The translations under genes and the position numbers were made by a program. From positions 91,886,001 through 91,950,000 of the forward strand of contig NC_045697.1 of the NCBI RefSeq assembly GCF_009834535.1: 64,000 nt of DNA, written 5' to 3'. Below the pieces are notes generated by a model, which was not told the origin of the DNA, ran no database searches, and was given only the letters and a program-made list of their open reading frames with translations. Positions 24,913 through 38,984 of the stretch are shown in pieces (the stretch's first letter is position 1; each line of letters opens with the position of its first letter). Source of the stretch: Camelus ferus. Lineage: Eukaryota.

Positions 24913-27449
24913 TATTTGAAGCAATGAGGACCTTGGGAGTAAATAAGATGATGAAACTATCATGACTATTAACTTTTCTTCTAAGGCTCCTGACATGTAG
25001 GGAGAAAAATTAAGGTAGCTGGATGAGTCCATCTGAAAGTGTACATGAAAAAAAGAATGAGATTAAGTTCATGTTGGAAGTTTGTTTTAGTTGTTCTTCA
25101 CACGTATTAACCTATACAGTGAAGTTACAATCCTTTAAATTTCAGATGGTGGATCTTACTTGAAATCAACTGTGCTTAGCTTAATTTTCAACATTTTGCA
25201 GTTGCTATGTGTTTCCAATATAATTCAAAAGTAACTTTGTTCTGTGTTCTCTCTCCCACCCTCATTTTCACGGACATGAATTCTTTAAAAATTTGTAGAG
25301 TAACATTTACTTTTTTTCTGCTCCATGAAGGAATATAATTATAAGAGTGAAAAGCATTGAGCTGATGGTTCATAATACACTAATTCATAATTGTGCATTA
25401 ACATTCTGATTAAAATAAAATACTTAATGAAACTGGAGAAAGATTTCATTCTCACCCTTCTCATTATATGTATGGTGAGTTCTGAGATTCAGGCGATGTT
25501 GCAGCAGAGAGGCTATCGTAAGTGAATGCTGCTTAGGAAGCTATTCAACGGGAGTTTTTAAACAGCTGTTCCCAAGCTTCATTAAGACTCATTATGAGTT
25601 GTCATGTAATGGAGAACTTATATTTTTTGATGATCTCTGCATACCAGTAGAGATAAAAGTATGTCTTAAGGCAGAACTAAAAAGAACAGAAGCTGGTACA
25701 TATTAAAAATAGATTACTAAAATGCCCTAGTTATCTGGCACAGACCTTAAAAGCTCAGTACAATCATTCAGATTTAAAGGGAAAGATAAAAAGTGACTAA
25801 ACTCACTGAGCTTTTAATACATCAACTGCTATATTTTAGGGAAAGAACTCTATTCTTTCATATGAAAGGTACCTGGGGGCCCCAGAGGTTGATCTGCACC
25901 ACTCATGTTGGGACTTCAGAGAGCTGGCACAGCCACGGCTGAGAAGGGCATCCTGATAGCTTTTCTAATTGTTACCTTGGTTTCAAGTGCAGGTAGGGTC
26001 ACATCTTCCCTTCATGCATCACACCTCAGAGACCTTTCTCACATCACACAAAGTGAAAGGTGATCTCATTCTTGGTCAAAGCATGAGGATCACTGATACA
26101 GCTAGATCTGTATCAACAGGGACCTCCAGAATGAAATATACATAGAATGGACTTGGCAGAAATGTGTTTTCAGGAGCAGGAGATTAGGGGAATTGTTCAA
26201 AGTTTCAAAGCTGTTTTTACAGAGCAAGCATACTGTTTTTTACTTACATTGTCAATAGTAGAAAAGATTTTAAAGGGATGTCTTTATTTATAGTTTATGA
26301 AAGATAAGAAAACGTCCAATATCCATATCAGATTTTTAAATTGCTATTAATTTGGTGATATTGTAGCAATGATGAAAATTAATGATGGTCACTTTAGCCC
26401 CAAATCACTGCCCAGAACTGCCATTCTTCCATCAAATTTCTGACTTTCTGACACTTTCTGACAACAAGCACAGTCACCAGGAGCAATCTTGTCAGGGCCA
26501 CCTGTGATCTAGGTCTCTCGTGGCTCACTGTCACCTGCAGCCCTCATTCCCATATCCTGTCATGCTCACCCAGAACTCAGTATCCTGTAGAAAAATCAGG
26601 AGAATGCTAAGCAAATGGTTCTCCTCTTGACCAGTTTTCTTTTGTGAAGAGGAGACAATGTTTAGCAGGTACATTGCACACTTGCCAGTAGGAAACAGAA
26701 CTGCAGATTGCCATGCAGTTCAAGACAACTTGGAGCTGCTCAAAGAAAACATTCCTTCCTGACAGAGAGCCAGGCATGAAAGTGGTTATAGAAAAAGATA
26801 ACAAATGCGAGTCCATGTAGCCACAAATGCTGTAGAAAGCTGAGGATGAGGGGCACCATCTAACAAAGCTTGCAGATGCAGAGTGAGAAAAAATTAGATC
26901 TGTGTGCACAGCAATGTAGGAAACGTGTAATGTCTCTTTTACTCAAGGTGAGTGCAAAAGGGAGAGGGCTAGGTGGAGAAGAGGCTGGCTCCCCGCTAAA
27001 GAGCAGGGTGAGTAAAGGGAGAGTGGGTCAGGGGAAAATAATATTTCACGATGTTCTTGAAATGTGCTTACATTGTAACCATTTTGTTTCTGAAAATTTT
27101 TCCCAAGGTAACTAATTAGCTTTTTCAGTTGTTGCAAACTATTGAACAGCTTCATATTTGATAGTCTTTAAACCAGCATCTTGATATGGCCAATAGGTGT
27201 GTTAGAGAGTTTGGAGACACAGAAGAACTTAAGAAACATTTATTAGCATTTTCCTGTTTAATGTACTTCGGAATTATCCAGGAAGTATAGGAGCTTCTTA
27301 TTGGAAAGCTCTAATTGCTGTTGAGATGGAAACTGCTCAGTGATTAATTTGGAGTGGCAAATGGCAGTATGATTGTTTAGATAATCCCAGCGCAGCCAAT
27401 CTAGTGTTCTCCTTCACAATAGGCTTTCTCTTCTTTCTATTTTCTCATC

Positions 27450-27680
27450 ACCACAGAACTTTGAATAGTATCTGCAGTTTCAAACAGTGTTTTTATACCT
27501 ATTATTTCAGAACCCTGTGAGGAAGGTAGGGCCAAAATTACAACCCCCATTTTATAGTTGAGGATACAGGTCAAGGAGGCTGCAGAAACTGGGCAGGCCA
27601 TGCAGCTAGTTAGCAGCGGACCTGGGACTTCAACACAGGTGTCCTAAATCTAATCTTGAAAGCATGTTCTTTCTAGAAGA
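27450..27680 (-). mobile_element. MIR SINE
   Basis: AACCCTGTGAGGAAGGTAGG...CCCCATTTTATAGTTGAGGATACAGG...GCTAGTTAGCAGCGGACCTGGGACTTCAACACAGG. Confidence 0.75.
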
Positions 27681-30149
27681 ACACACTGCCGCACACCCAG
27701 TTATAGAAGACAGGATTCCTACGGAAGAGATGAACTATTTTTGGTAAGTCTAGCTTTCTGGGATTCCTGGGAAGATTTTTGAGATCAAGCCTAGAAGTTA
27801 ATGATTGATTCTTGCCAATTGAGCAGACACATTTCAGAAGTTCCTGCAGCTATTTTTTTTGTAATCGTGTTTTTTTTTTAAATGATTTCTATTTTAAAGA
27901 AATTGCCTGCTAAATATATAGTGATTTTAATAGTAATGCAATGTCTGTACGACCAACTCAATATGTGAAAATATGACAGGCAATTTAACTTGGCTGTGTA
28001 GACTCTGGTTCTGTCTTGTAATGGATGGTACCACCTTAGTTTTATGCTGCATTTCTCAACGTTGCTAAGGATTTAACAAACTGTGCATGGCTTATGTGAA
28101 CAACCTGTTCTTCCCATGAAAGGTGGCAAGCATGCTGTGATGACAATACCATGCAATCAGTTTTCAGGATGGATCCTCTCCATTCTGGATGCAGCTACTA
28201 AAATAAGAATGGAACAAGACAGAAAGGGCTTTGTTGAAGTAAACTGGATTCAGATGCTAAGAGGTCATAGTCATTCATTGTGTATTTTTGTAAGCTTATC
28301 CCTAAAGGTTAATACACAGGATTTTTCTTGCCTTAAATAAGTAGCATTTGAAATGACTTGTTTTCATATATATCATGCCAGTGTTTTCCCTAATGAATGT
28401 GAACAATTATTTTGTCATGCTTTTCCAAGCAACCTTAATTTCTCCACATGACAAACTCTTTTATTTTTATTTCCCACGTAATTCAAACTTCCATTTTTAT
28501 AATCCTTGAGGTCAGAAGTAGATGGAATTCAGATAGATATCATTTAAATATAGTCAGTCTTGGGCTATTCACTGGAATAGGTTTTATGTCCTTTCTGTGT
28601 TATTTGACTCAGTATCAAAGGTGCAATTTGTTCTCTGTGTTTTCAATTTAGTGTATCCTCAGAATTACATGGTGTGTTAATTTGAAATACGAGTACCACA
28701 GGGTATGGCCGGAACCACAGAATTTAATGTGAATGAATTAGAGTCTTAGATCCGTGAGTCAGACCAGCCTTTGCCAAGATATATTCAGTAGAACATAAAT
28801 CCTGTAGTATTTGAAGAGGGTGGGAGGCGATGGGAGGGAGGAAGGATATTTGAGAAATGTGATATGCCTCTCTTTGGAATTAGTAATGCCATTAGCATAT
28901 GAATGGTCTTGAGAATTCCTACAGTAGATAATTTTGTTTAATTCAGTATTTCTCCAATTTATTTCACTCAATCACAAATATTTCATTGAATTTTTATTAT
29001 AGGCCAAGTTTTCTTGGAGAAAAACATGGAAAAGTCCTTTCCCCTGTGAAGCTCACAATTGGGTGGGGACACAGACAATAACAAATAAATATGTAAAGTT
29101 AAGATGTAAGTCAGTTAGTGCAAAGTGCTGTGGAGATTTAAGAAAGAGAGAGAGAAGAAGGATGAAGGAGTAGGTGTAGAGGTGGAAAAGTTAGATGTTT
29201 GTTTGATCACAGCATCTCTGTTGTGCATGAGTAATATTACTGAGGCCTGTAGAACTCAAGTCTACAGGGAACACTCTGAGAACCAGAGTTGGACCTTCAG
29301 TCAGGAACCTTGAGCAGTTCACTTCCTAGATTCATGTTTCATCTTTCTTTACAGATGATAATTTCTTTAAAAAGTATCCTATATCCTCAATGTATATTTC
29401 TGAATTTGGCTAACAATACCTGTGACATATGAGCTAGTGCTGATACAGTACTTAAACATTTTTAAGCCAGCTTTGCCCTTTGAAGGAATGTAATAGATAA
29501 TCAAAAATCAGATTAATAACCACTAGATGTCGGTGTTATCACTGGGTAACAGACATGATCTTAAAGCTCCTTAGCAGGCATGGTTGACCTAGATAATCTA
29601 CTACATAAGTAGATATTAAAAAAATACCTTCCCAGTTTATTAAAATAAAACTGCATAACTTTCGCAAGCAGTTCCTAGATGATAAAGACAAATATAATTT
29701 GGAACAAGATTTAAAGAAAACAGAACGTAGGCTTACTCATACTATTGATCAAGCTAAGCAGTTAATCAAAACACATTTTGTGACATTTTCTCAATATGAG
29801 TTAACGTGTCCAAAAAACCCCTACTATTATTTGTAGTTGCAACTAGTATGTGTCAGGTGCCTCAACTAGACACCAGGAAGGGTAAAATTAATAAGCTGAT
29901 GTCTCTCAAAACAAAGGTAGTCAACAGTACAATGTTGTAAAGTAGAGACAGACATAAAGCAGAGGAAGGAGGCAGAAGAATGACTAGTTTTACAGATAAT
30001 TCAGTAGCAATTAGGAGGACTGATTTGCAGAAGGACAAGTCGGGGGCATGAAGGCCTTTGGGAACTTTTACAGCAGTTCAGGTAAGAGGTAAAGAGGTTG
30101 GCAATTATTTATGCTGACTGACTTCACAGACAAAGTAGAAGACATCAGG

Positions 30150-31910
30150 TAGTAACTCCTGCACTCTCCAGCATCAGACCTGCAAACCCACCTGCGTATT
30201 GACTAATTATTTTCCTCTTTCCTCTCTTTTTACTGTGGCTTAGGTACCTCTTTTTCTGTGTTAGGCTCATATGCCTAACTGTTCCAGTCCCCATACCCTC
30301 CATTGTGAGGACCTCGTGGCATTGAATATTCTGAATCTTCACTCTCTTCCTCTTTCTCAAATTCTTTCCCCTCAGAATTTGCATGTGATCTATTATCACC
30401 AATCCTAAAAAACAAACCTCACCAATCCACCAACCAGTGACCTTCCACTCTTCCCACAAGACTCTTAACAATTGTCACCTCAAAGAATTGATTACACTCT
30501 CCACTCACTTCCTCCTCAACCAGCAGCAATCTGCCTCTGTCCACACAAACTGCTCCCACTGGTGGTTACTGATGACCTCCACGTCCCTAAGTACGATGGG
30601 CACTTTCATCTTTTATTTTGTTTGATAGTTAAAGCATCTGCCACTGAGTATTTATTACTACTTGAACCACTGTCTTTCCACAACATCACATTATCCTGGT
30701 TTGTCTCCTAATTATTAGCACTATTTATCAGACATTTCATGCCTTCTCTTCCCCTTAGATATTGATTTGATTTAGGTTACCCACCCCCCACCCTGTTTTT
30801 ACTCTCTGTGTTTTATCCACAAGTCATGCTTATCTGTTTTTGTGGCTAGCTATTTTTATTTATATGCCTAAGTCTGTGTCCAGCCCAGTTCTCCCTCATT
30901 TTTCTTCTAGCATCTTCAAATCCATATTAAAAATTAACATCACTTTTTTTCTCTTAAAACTTACTTCTTCATCACCATATTCTGAGTTTCTTGTTCAAGC
31001 TAGGAAGTTTGGACAATATCTTTGATCTTTTTTTCTTCTTATTCTATGACTATATCCAATAAATGCACATACACTTAAACTTATTTATTGAATTCCTACT
31101 ATGTGCCAACTGCTCAGGATACGGTAGGAAGCAAACATACAGATGCACGACTTCACAGAGTTTACAGTTGAGTTGGAGAAGCTGACAACAAATATGACAA
31201 TAAGTCATATATAAGTTGTTTTAGATATTTTGAAATGTATGCTGTGAATAAAAGTATTGAGGGTTTAGCGTTAAACAAGATGTTCGGGAAGTGATATTTA
31301 AACAGACCTTAAGGATAATAATAAATCAATTGTGAAAACTGGGGAAACAGTGTTTCAGGCAGAAGGGAAAAACATATGTAAAGAGATTGAATTGGGAAAG
31401 AGTTTGCCAGAAAACCAGTATAAAAATTGTTTGCATTTCTCTCCGCTGAAGTCTCTAAATGCTTAATGTGGTTAATAAGGGCTTTTAGGATTGTGCCCCT
31501 GACTGGTCTTAGCCCACCTCTTGCGCTGGCACTTCAGTCTTTTGTCCATGTTGCGTGGGACTTTCTTTGGTTCCCCTAATATGTGAAGCTCTCTCTGACT
31601 TTGAACGCTTCACCACCAGCTTCCACCAGCTTTTTCCTTTGTCACTGGGAGTGGTCCCATTGCACTCTCTCCTTTGTTTGCCAGTTCAGACTCGTTCTGC
31701 AGGCCTTCTCAAGGGGGGCCCCAAAGCTCCTCTTTCATAACCAGCTCTGCTCTTGTTCAGTGTTAACTTTCCACACCAGATTATAGACTTGATGAGGACA
31801 GGGACCTTGTCTGTATCTTTTTTAAAGCCTATATCCTCAGAGCCTAGTACCATTCCTGCCATATTACAGCTACTCAGTAAAAATGTGTTGCCTGAATGAA
31901 TGAATGAGTA
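30150..31910 (+). mobile_element. L2 LINE fragments, with an antisense L2 piece at ~31040-31410
   Basis: Pyrimidine-rich L2 ORF2-type sequence and an L2 3' tail GAATGAATGAATGA at ~31894-31907. Confidence 0.65.
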
Positions 31911-32064
31911 AAATAAATGAACGATTGGATATTGAAAAAGAGGCAGACTTCAGGGTTCAGAGCCAATTTTCCAACCCCCGTAATCACACAAGTGCTGCCC
32001 ATATTGATGGACAGGTTTATGTGGGAAAGATAATTGAATCAGTTTGAGAAATACTGGATTTAAG

Positions 32065-33420
32065 TTTAGGAGTCATAATCTTTATCTGTAATATTCTCAG
32101 TAAAAAACAAAACAAAACAAAACAAACTCCTTTGACTCCCATATTCAGCCCCTATTTTATTTCTATTGCTCCTCTTGGAGAAAAACTCAAAATGGCAATC
32201 TCGACTTTTCTCCACTTCTGTTGTTCCGTTAACCCATTTCAATGAGGCTTTTGTTTCCACCACTCAGCAGGACCAGCTCTTATCAGTGCCTTTTAGCCTG
32301 CTTGTTCCAAACCCAGCGGCCCATACATCTTACTTAAAAAACATTGACACTGGCATCCTTTCTTCTTTCTGGAAACACTTTCCTCTTTGGCCCCTTTCTC
32401 CGTTTTCCTCACACCGCAGTGCTCTTCACTCTTTTGCTGGATTTACCTTTACTTCTCAAATATCAACTGTCGAGGGACCCTAGGGCTCAGTCTTCAACTC
32501 TTCCTTATCCATGGATTTTAATCCACCGCTCCGATGCTTTACAAAGCATCTATTTCTTGGTGAGTCCCAGTTTTATGTGTTTAACCGTGATCTCAAACCC
32601 AAACTCCAGACTCACCTATTCAGTTTTCAACTTGATGTCTGCACTTAGATTCTAATCAGACATCTCAAATTCAACACAGCAAAAATGGAACTTTTGAATT
32701 TCCTCTGAAATCTGCTCCAGAAGTCTTTCTCATTTCAGTAAATGCAATTCATTCTGCCAGTTGCTTAATCCAAGCATCTTGAAGTCATTTCTTGACTCCT
32801 CTCTTGCTCTCACTTCCCACATTCCATCTATCCTAATCCTAAATGCTCTGATTGTGAAATATGTCTAGAACTCAGCCACTCCTCACCAACTACCCCCAGG
32901 CAAAGTAGGCTAACTGGTCCCTTGATTCTATCCTAGTCCCACAAAGCCTGTTTCTGCACAGCAACCAGAGTCATTTTTACAAAAGTTTGCCTGGTCCTAT
33001 TATCTCTGTTCACAAAGTCCTCCAATGGTTTGTCATCTCACTCTGTTCTTATCCTGGCCTTCAGGCCCTACATGATCTGTCCCCAGTCTATCTTTCTGAC
33101 TTTATCTCATTCAGTTTTCCTTCTTGGAAAAAGGTACTCTAACCACATTGACTTCTTTGCCTTTTTTCAACACCTGAATGTCCTTCAAAGGACGGCTCCC
33201 ACTTCAGACCCTTTGCTTGGTCTGCTCTTTTGCTGGGGACACCCTTTCTCCAGATGTTTTAACAAGGCACAATGTTACTTTATCTGAGAGTCTTTTCATT
33301 AATACCTCATAAAAAATAGAAGCTTTCTTCACTTTCTGTCCTACCCACCTTAACGTCATAGCATTTACCATCACTTGACACATTATATATTTCTTTATTT
33401 TAGATAGTAGGCACATAAAT
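32065..33420 (+). mobile_element. L2a LINE 3' region
   Basis: AACTCCAGACTCACCTATTCAG, TCTAATCAGACATCTCAAATTCAACA, CTTGAAGTCATTTCTTGACTCCTCTC. Confidence 0.75.
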
Positions 33421-34396
33421 TAATTCAATCAGAGTTCTAACTAGAATTTAGACTTACAGTTCAAATTCAGACATCCTGTTCTGTTCCCATCTACATGATT
33501 CAAAACAAGGCAAAAAACTGAATGCTTTTTATAATGTGTGTACTAGTCTTCGATGGCATGTAGATGCCTAAGGACAATTGATTATGTGACATGATTATGT
33601 GGTCCCTCTTTTTACTGAAAATTTAAACTCTTCTTTCCCATGTCTGTTCCTGTGCCTTTTCCCTCGGTTACCCTGATTATTCATACTTATTCAACCCGAT
33701 GGTCTCATTCTTCTTATTCTTTCAGCTCAGGGCTCCCTTAAAGTTTATTTGCATAAAGCAGGAGCAGCAACACTGTCAGTAACTTAGTTTTCTAAGGCAG
33801 TCTGAGTCTTAAAAAAAAATTCTAAAAGCGTTTACCTTGCTTTTTTAACTTCATAACATTTTCAAAACAACATAACATAGCAAAAATAATTTGTAAAGAG
33901 TTACACAGTGACTTCCCAACACCTCTCAACACCATGTGCCAGCTGGTGCTCTCGGGGTGAATGGCTGGGTAATGGCTCAGTTCCCAGGGAGAAGGAAATG
34001 AATATCTAAGCACGTTTTTTGTTTTGTTTTTCAGTGCAATTAAATTCCCCTAAGGCAGGCACTTTGTTTTGTTCCAGGCTTTTCTCCCTGGGCCTAGGAT
34101 TGTGCCTTGCATTTTGTGGATATGCTAAAAATAGATCCATGGTGAGTTAAATGAGTGAGTAAATGAGTAAAAATTAGCAAAAAGGAGTTCACATAATAAA
34201 GAAGAAAGGCAGGTTTCTGAAAGGAATTTTAGATGTGTGAGATATGTATTTTAAACCTTGATCAGGATAAGCTAGCCACAGACCCTATTCACTCACCAGT
34301 AAAATGAGGACAATAATACCTCATAGTTCTTCTTGTGAGGATTATGTGAAGTAATAGGAAATAGATGGGCCATACTGAATACTAGATAAAAGTTAA

Positions 34397-34426
<30 letters not shown>
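34397..34426. repeat. (GTT)n microsatellite at a MIR tail
   Basis: Direct reading; follows MIR-like AGTAAAATGAGGACAATAATACCTCATAG. Confidence 0.9.
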
Positions 34427-34427
<1 letters not shown>

Positions 34428-34991
34428 TAATTAGCTCCAGTCATCTCCCCCTTTCTCCTTCTTTGGCTCTTTGTAGGTAAGTAATCTTGGGGAAATCACA
34501 CTTTTTTGTCACTGTTTCTCCCTTTGTTACCAGGGAGCATTATACATGAATGTTTCTTTGAGGATTAAATGAGACTCTGCACAGGAAAATTCTGAAGCCT
34601 AATAGACATTCCGGTGTTTATGTAATACATTATTATTATTTGGTAAAATCACTGTATTTCCATTGTTACATAAATAATAGTATAGTGTAGTATTTATTGG
34701 TCTCTCTATAGTCAATATGCTCCAAGTTCCTCGAGGAAGTCCCTGACTCTTCCTGTCTTTGCAAAAACTACTCTTCCCTTACTGTCTTTTCCCATTCCCT
34801 CCATGATCCATGTCAAAGGAGAAAAGAAGGAGCAGCTCTGATCTGAGTCAAGGTCAAAAAAGAGCCCTCAAGAATACTTAATTATGTAACAATATTAAGG
34901 AGTGGAATATTTATTGGGAAGAATGATGGGATTAAAGACAAAACTGAACAAGAATAGTTATTTTCTTGGGCCATTTCTTCTTTGTTATTTT

Positions 34992-35224
34992 ATAGTTCCT
35001 CAGCATCAACACTACTGACATTTTGGGCTGGATAAATTTTGGGGGGGTTTGCAGGTTGTCTTTTACATTATGGGATCGTCAGCTGCATCCTTGGCATCTA
35101 CCCATTGGATGCTCATAGTACCCTCCTAGTTATGACAACCAAAAATGTCTTCAGGTATTGCCAAATATTCCCTGGTGGGATTGGGGTGGTGGTGGTGGGA
35201 AATAGCTCTCAATTGAGAACACTG
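34992..35224. mobile_element. MER20 hAT-Charlie element
   Basis: CACTACTGACATTTTGGGCTGGATAA...TATGACAACCAAAAATGTCTTCAG...TTGAGAACACTG. Confidence 0.85.
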
Positions 35225-35911
35225 ATTTACTGCAACAAGAGGATGGATTAAAGAGAGTTTCCCATTAAAAGGGTTTCCTCTCAGCCTTAGAAGAAAAGGA
35301 GATGTAGGCTGAACCCTAGGATAACATAAATGAGGAGGGAGCTATCTGATATTAAGTCATTTTCTTTCACTCCCTCCTGCTTAGGAGTAATACATTCAAT
35401 GTGGGCTTGTGTTTGGATGACTTTGGTTCCAGTTTCATGAAACTAACAGTTTACAGCTGATATTCTGGTATAATGATGCTCCTTTTTATTCTCAAATGTG
35501 TTCGCCATTTGTACGATAAGTTATATGGTCACCTTAGCTAATGTAGTGATCACTATTTTAAATGCTGTGAATTCAGGGGTTAAAAACATAACAAAGTCCA
35601 CTCTTTCCTGTCTGGAGCTCATGTTACAAGTGAGAAGCAAGAAAAATCAATGTATTGTACAATATTGGTTAGTTATAAGTGTCATAAAAATGCAGAACAC
35701 AGAGCTAGGGAGTGAGAAGAGGGGGCTAGGATACTCCTTTAAATAATGTAGTTAGGAGGACTTCTTCCAATACCGGTAGTGCCATTTGAGTAGAGACCTA
35801 ATACTGTGTGGGTGTGGATCAGACTTGTCATGGCTGTCTCTAATCTAGACTTAAGTTAAAGGAGCGAAACCTTCACTTGGGTTTTATTTTCGTATCATCC
35901 ATATGAATCTC

Positions 35912-36056
35912 CCAGGCAAATCCAGGTTTTGTGTGTTCTTAATATTATACAATGTGGGGTAGGGTACTATTAAAAATAATATAAAATTATGAGTATCAAT
36001 TAGGTGAGAGGAAGTAAAGCATAAGTTTTCTTAGCTTGATGATTACTCTACGTCTG
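35912..36056. mobile_element. MER96-like hAT MITE
   Basis: AATCCAGGTTTTGTG...TTATACAAT...AAAATTATGAGTA...ATAAGTTTTCTTAGCTTGATG...CTACGTCTG resembles the recalled consensus. Confidence 0.55.
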
Positions 36057-38029
36057 GGGTCTGAGATTGTAATCAAGGGACTGGGGGCAGAGTCCTGCTG
36101 GAAAGGAAGAGTGAAAACTTCCCCAAGGGTTTACCTCTCTTCCAGCAACCAGTGAGAGTGGTGGGCCTGGTGAGAGAGGGGAGGATCCCGAGGCATAGCT
36201 AACACCTCAAGTCACACAGGTTTGCATAACACCCACTATTTTCACTTCCTTGTGGCTGGGTTGTACTACCCCTACCTGAGCAGTTACCCACAACATTGTA
36301 TTGTGGGTCAGCAGCTGTATGTTATTTTGTGAGAGAGTCCACAAAAGGAGCTTTGAGGAATAAGTGATTTTTTAAAGTACCATTAATGTTTTTGATGATA
36401 GCTGACAAGTAATTAGCCTAAAAAGCATTCTAACCAAGTGTCTTGAGCGATTAAACCTGTCCAGTAAAAGTAAAGGATGTCTCATTTGATAAAGTATATG
36501 TTCCATGCAGTTTATTCCATTAAATGAGGTGCTCCATTGTGAGCAGATTCAGAAGCTCTTTGTTCTTTCTCTTAAACCCCATAGCTTCAAACTATGGTCC
36601 TATTTGAAATCTGTCAGCTGAGGTTTTAACCATAACACCAGTCTTATCTTTTCAAAAGGATTGGATCAAAGTAGCTTAGTTTTCATCTGAGTTTAACAGG
36701 GAAAATGGCCTGTGGCTGTCACTCTGTAATGAGAAGGTTCCCAAGTGGCGAGCACTAAAGAATACAGTGATGTGTTGCCTTCACGTTTATCATCCGAAAT
36801 TCTAATCTCTAAATATGTAAAAACAAAAACAAAAAAAAAGAAAAAAAAAAAAAACCCACAAGTCTTCAGAGAAATGTGAGTTGGTAATATAGTTCACTAT
36901 TTCACCTGTGAAAAGAGCTTAATGAGAACTAAATATTTCTTTAAACTAGGTCAAAATCAAGGGTAGCGACTCATGTCATGTATCTTTAAACATCAGACCC
37001 TGCTTCAAAGAAGCAGTGCATCATGGAAACGAGCAGGTAATGTTCATGATGGGCCGCATTACTAGATACTGTATTGGAAACAAGAAAAATCAAATTTAGG
37101 CATTTGTACAAAGTTTGAATAATGGAATTTTCTTTTGAGCATGAAATTAATATTTCAGCTACTAAACCAGAACTGCAGTCTTTGTTTTCACATTTTTTTC
37201 TTACATTATCAACAAGGGTAAAAAAAAAAAATGTGAGTAGTTTTTGATTTGAATTTTTCCCTGATGGAAGTATGTCCTTTAATATGTAAAGAAGAGGCTT
37301 GTGTTTATCTTCTTTCTGTCCAAAAACTTGGAGAAGCTGAGTTTTTACTTCTACTTGGTAGATTATTTTACTCTAATGTTTCAGTTGGCATCTTTTCCCC
37401 TCTGCCTTCAAATATATTAACATATAGACTTTTGGAAATATCTTTTACTAGTGCATGTGTTGGTCTCATTATTACATGTGCATATTTATCTGAGTGAGAA
37501 ATGGATCTGAAAATTGAGTATGATTAATCACTTGTAGAAGTGTCAATCAGTCTGCCTAGATGGGAATAAGACCAATTTGGAATTTCTGTAAGATTTTTTT
37601 AAAACAAATTGTGAACATAGCTAACATATTTATATACATATACATATATATACACACACCAATTTATGAGCAGAAATTACTTCTATATTTACTGACTGTT
37701 TCACAATTCTTCAGAGAGTTAAAATATCATATGATGTTGCTAGGTATAAAATTTGCATGTGGTTCAATGTTTTGACATACATTTTCCCTAAATTCAAAAA
37801 AAAAAAGTATACAACTCTCTATGATTTAATATCTATACTGAATTTTGAATACAATATAATTATGATTACCAGGTGGTTTGGATATGAAAGCACATTTTAA
37901 AAAATTGACTATTACATAATAATATATTTTATTATAAAAACTAAAAATTTAGAAGATAGCAGCATATTAAAAATAACTGGGCTTTTATTAAATAAATTAT
38001 TCCTTACACATAAAACTCTTTGAGGCACA

Positions 38030-38520
38030 GACTGTTAACTCCTTCCCATTATCTGTTACCCCCTTTCTCTTTGTAACAGAATCCCAGATACTAAGTAGAC
38101 ACAAACACATAACAGATAAGACTAATAAGACTGCATTTCTTAGTGTCCTTTAAAGCTGATATGACTAAGTTGTTGCCAGTAAGGTGTAAACAAAGTGTTA
38201 TATTGTACTTTTGGAAACTTTTCTCAAAAAGGAGGGTTCTTGCCTCTCTTCTGCTCTTTGACCAACTCATTCTCTGGCATATAAATGTGATGACTGGAGT
38301 TCTAGAAGCCGTCTTGGTTGACAAGACTGAAAGCAACATCTCAGAAATGGCAAAGAAGTGAGCTTCCAAAGGGGCTCAGGATGTTTATAGACTTTATGGA
38401 ACTACTCTGCTCATCTTGAACATCTACCTCTGGAATTCTTTGTGTGTGAGAGAAATAAATGTGTTTTGTTTGAGCCACTGTTGTTTTTTGCATGTGGCCC
38501 AACCTCTTCCCAAATAGTAT
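38030..38520 (+). mobile_element. MaLR solo LTR (MLT1I/J-like)
   Basis: GTGATGACTGGAGTTCTAGAAGCCGTCTTG and 3' end GTGAGAGAAATAAATGTGTTTTGTTTGAGCCACTG. Confidence 0.7.
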
Positions 38521-38984
38521 GCAATATAATCATTTAAATCATGTTTTTAAAGAATATTTAATGGCAGGGGGAAAATGCAGGTGATATGTTAAGTAAAATG
38601 AATAAATTAAATTGTTAATTAACAGACAAATAAACCAAGCTGCTGACAGCTTTTATCACCTTTACTTTCTTCTTTACATAAAATTTATGTACATTGTTGC
38701 TTATTTCTTTATAAAAAAGTAGTCCACTTAGAAGGGTTAAAAAGATTTTTATACATACTGGCAAATCAGTATCTACAATGGTTGTTTTAATCTAACTTTC
38801 CATGAAGCCAGTAACATAAATAAAATGCTGTTTTCTTGCTTCATACAGAACACAGAGTATTACTCTGAAACATTAAAAATTTGATTATTTTTCACTATTG
38901 TTTGGCACATGGCTTTTCATTTTTTTATTAAAAATTTGGGGGTTTTTCTCTTTAAAAATTATTGGTGAAATGTTAATAATCTGA

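Noticed and set aside
26607..27155. Cluster of overlapping 70-100-aa ORFs
   Set aside because: No recognisable domain, and the nearby splice-like signals define only 15-18-nt segments.
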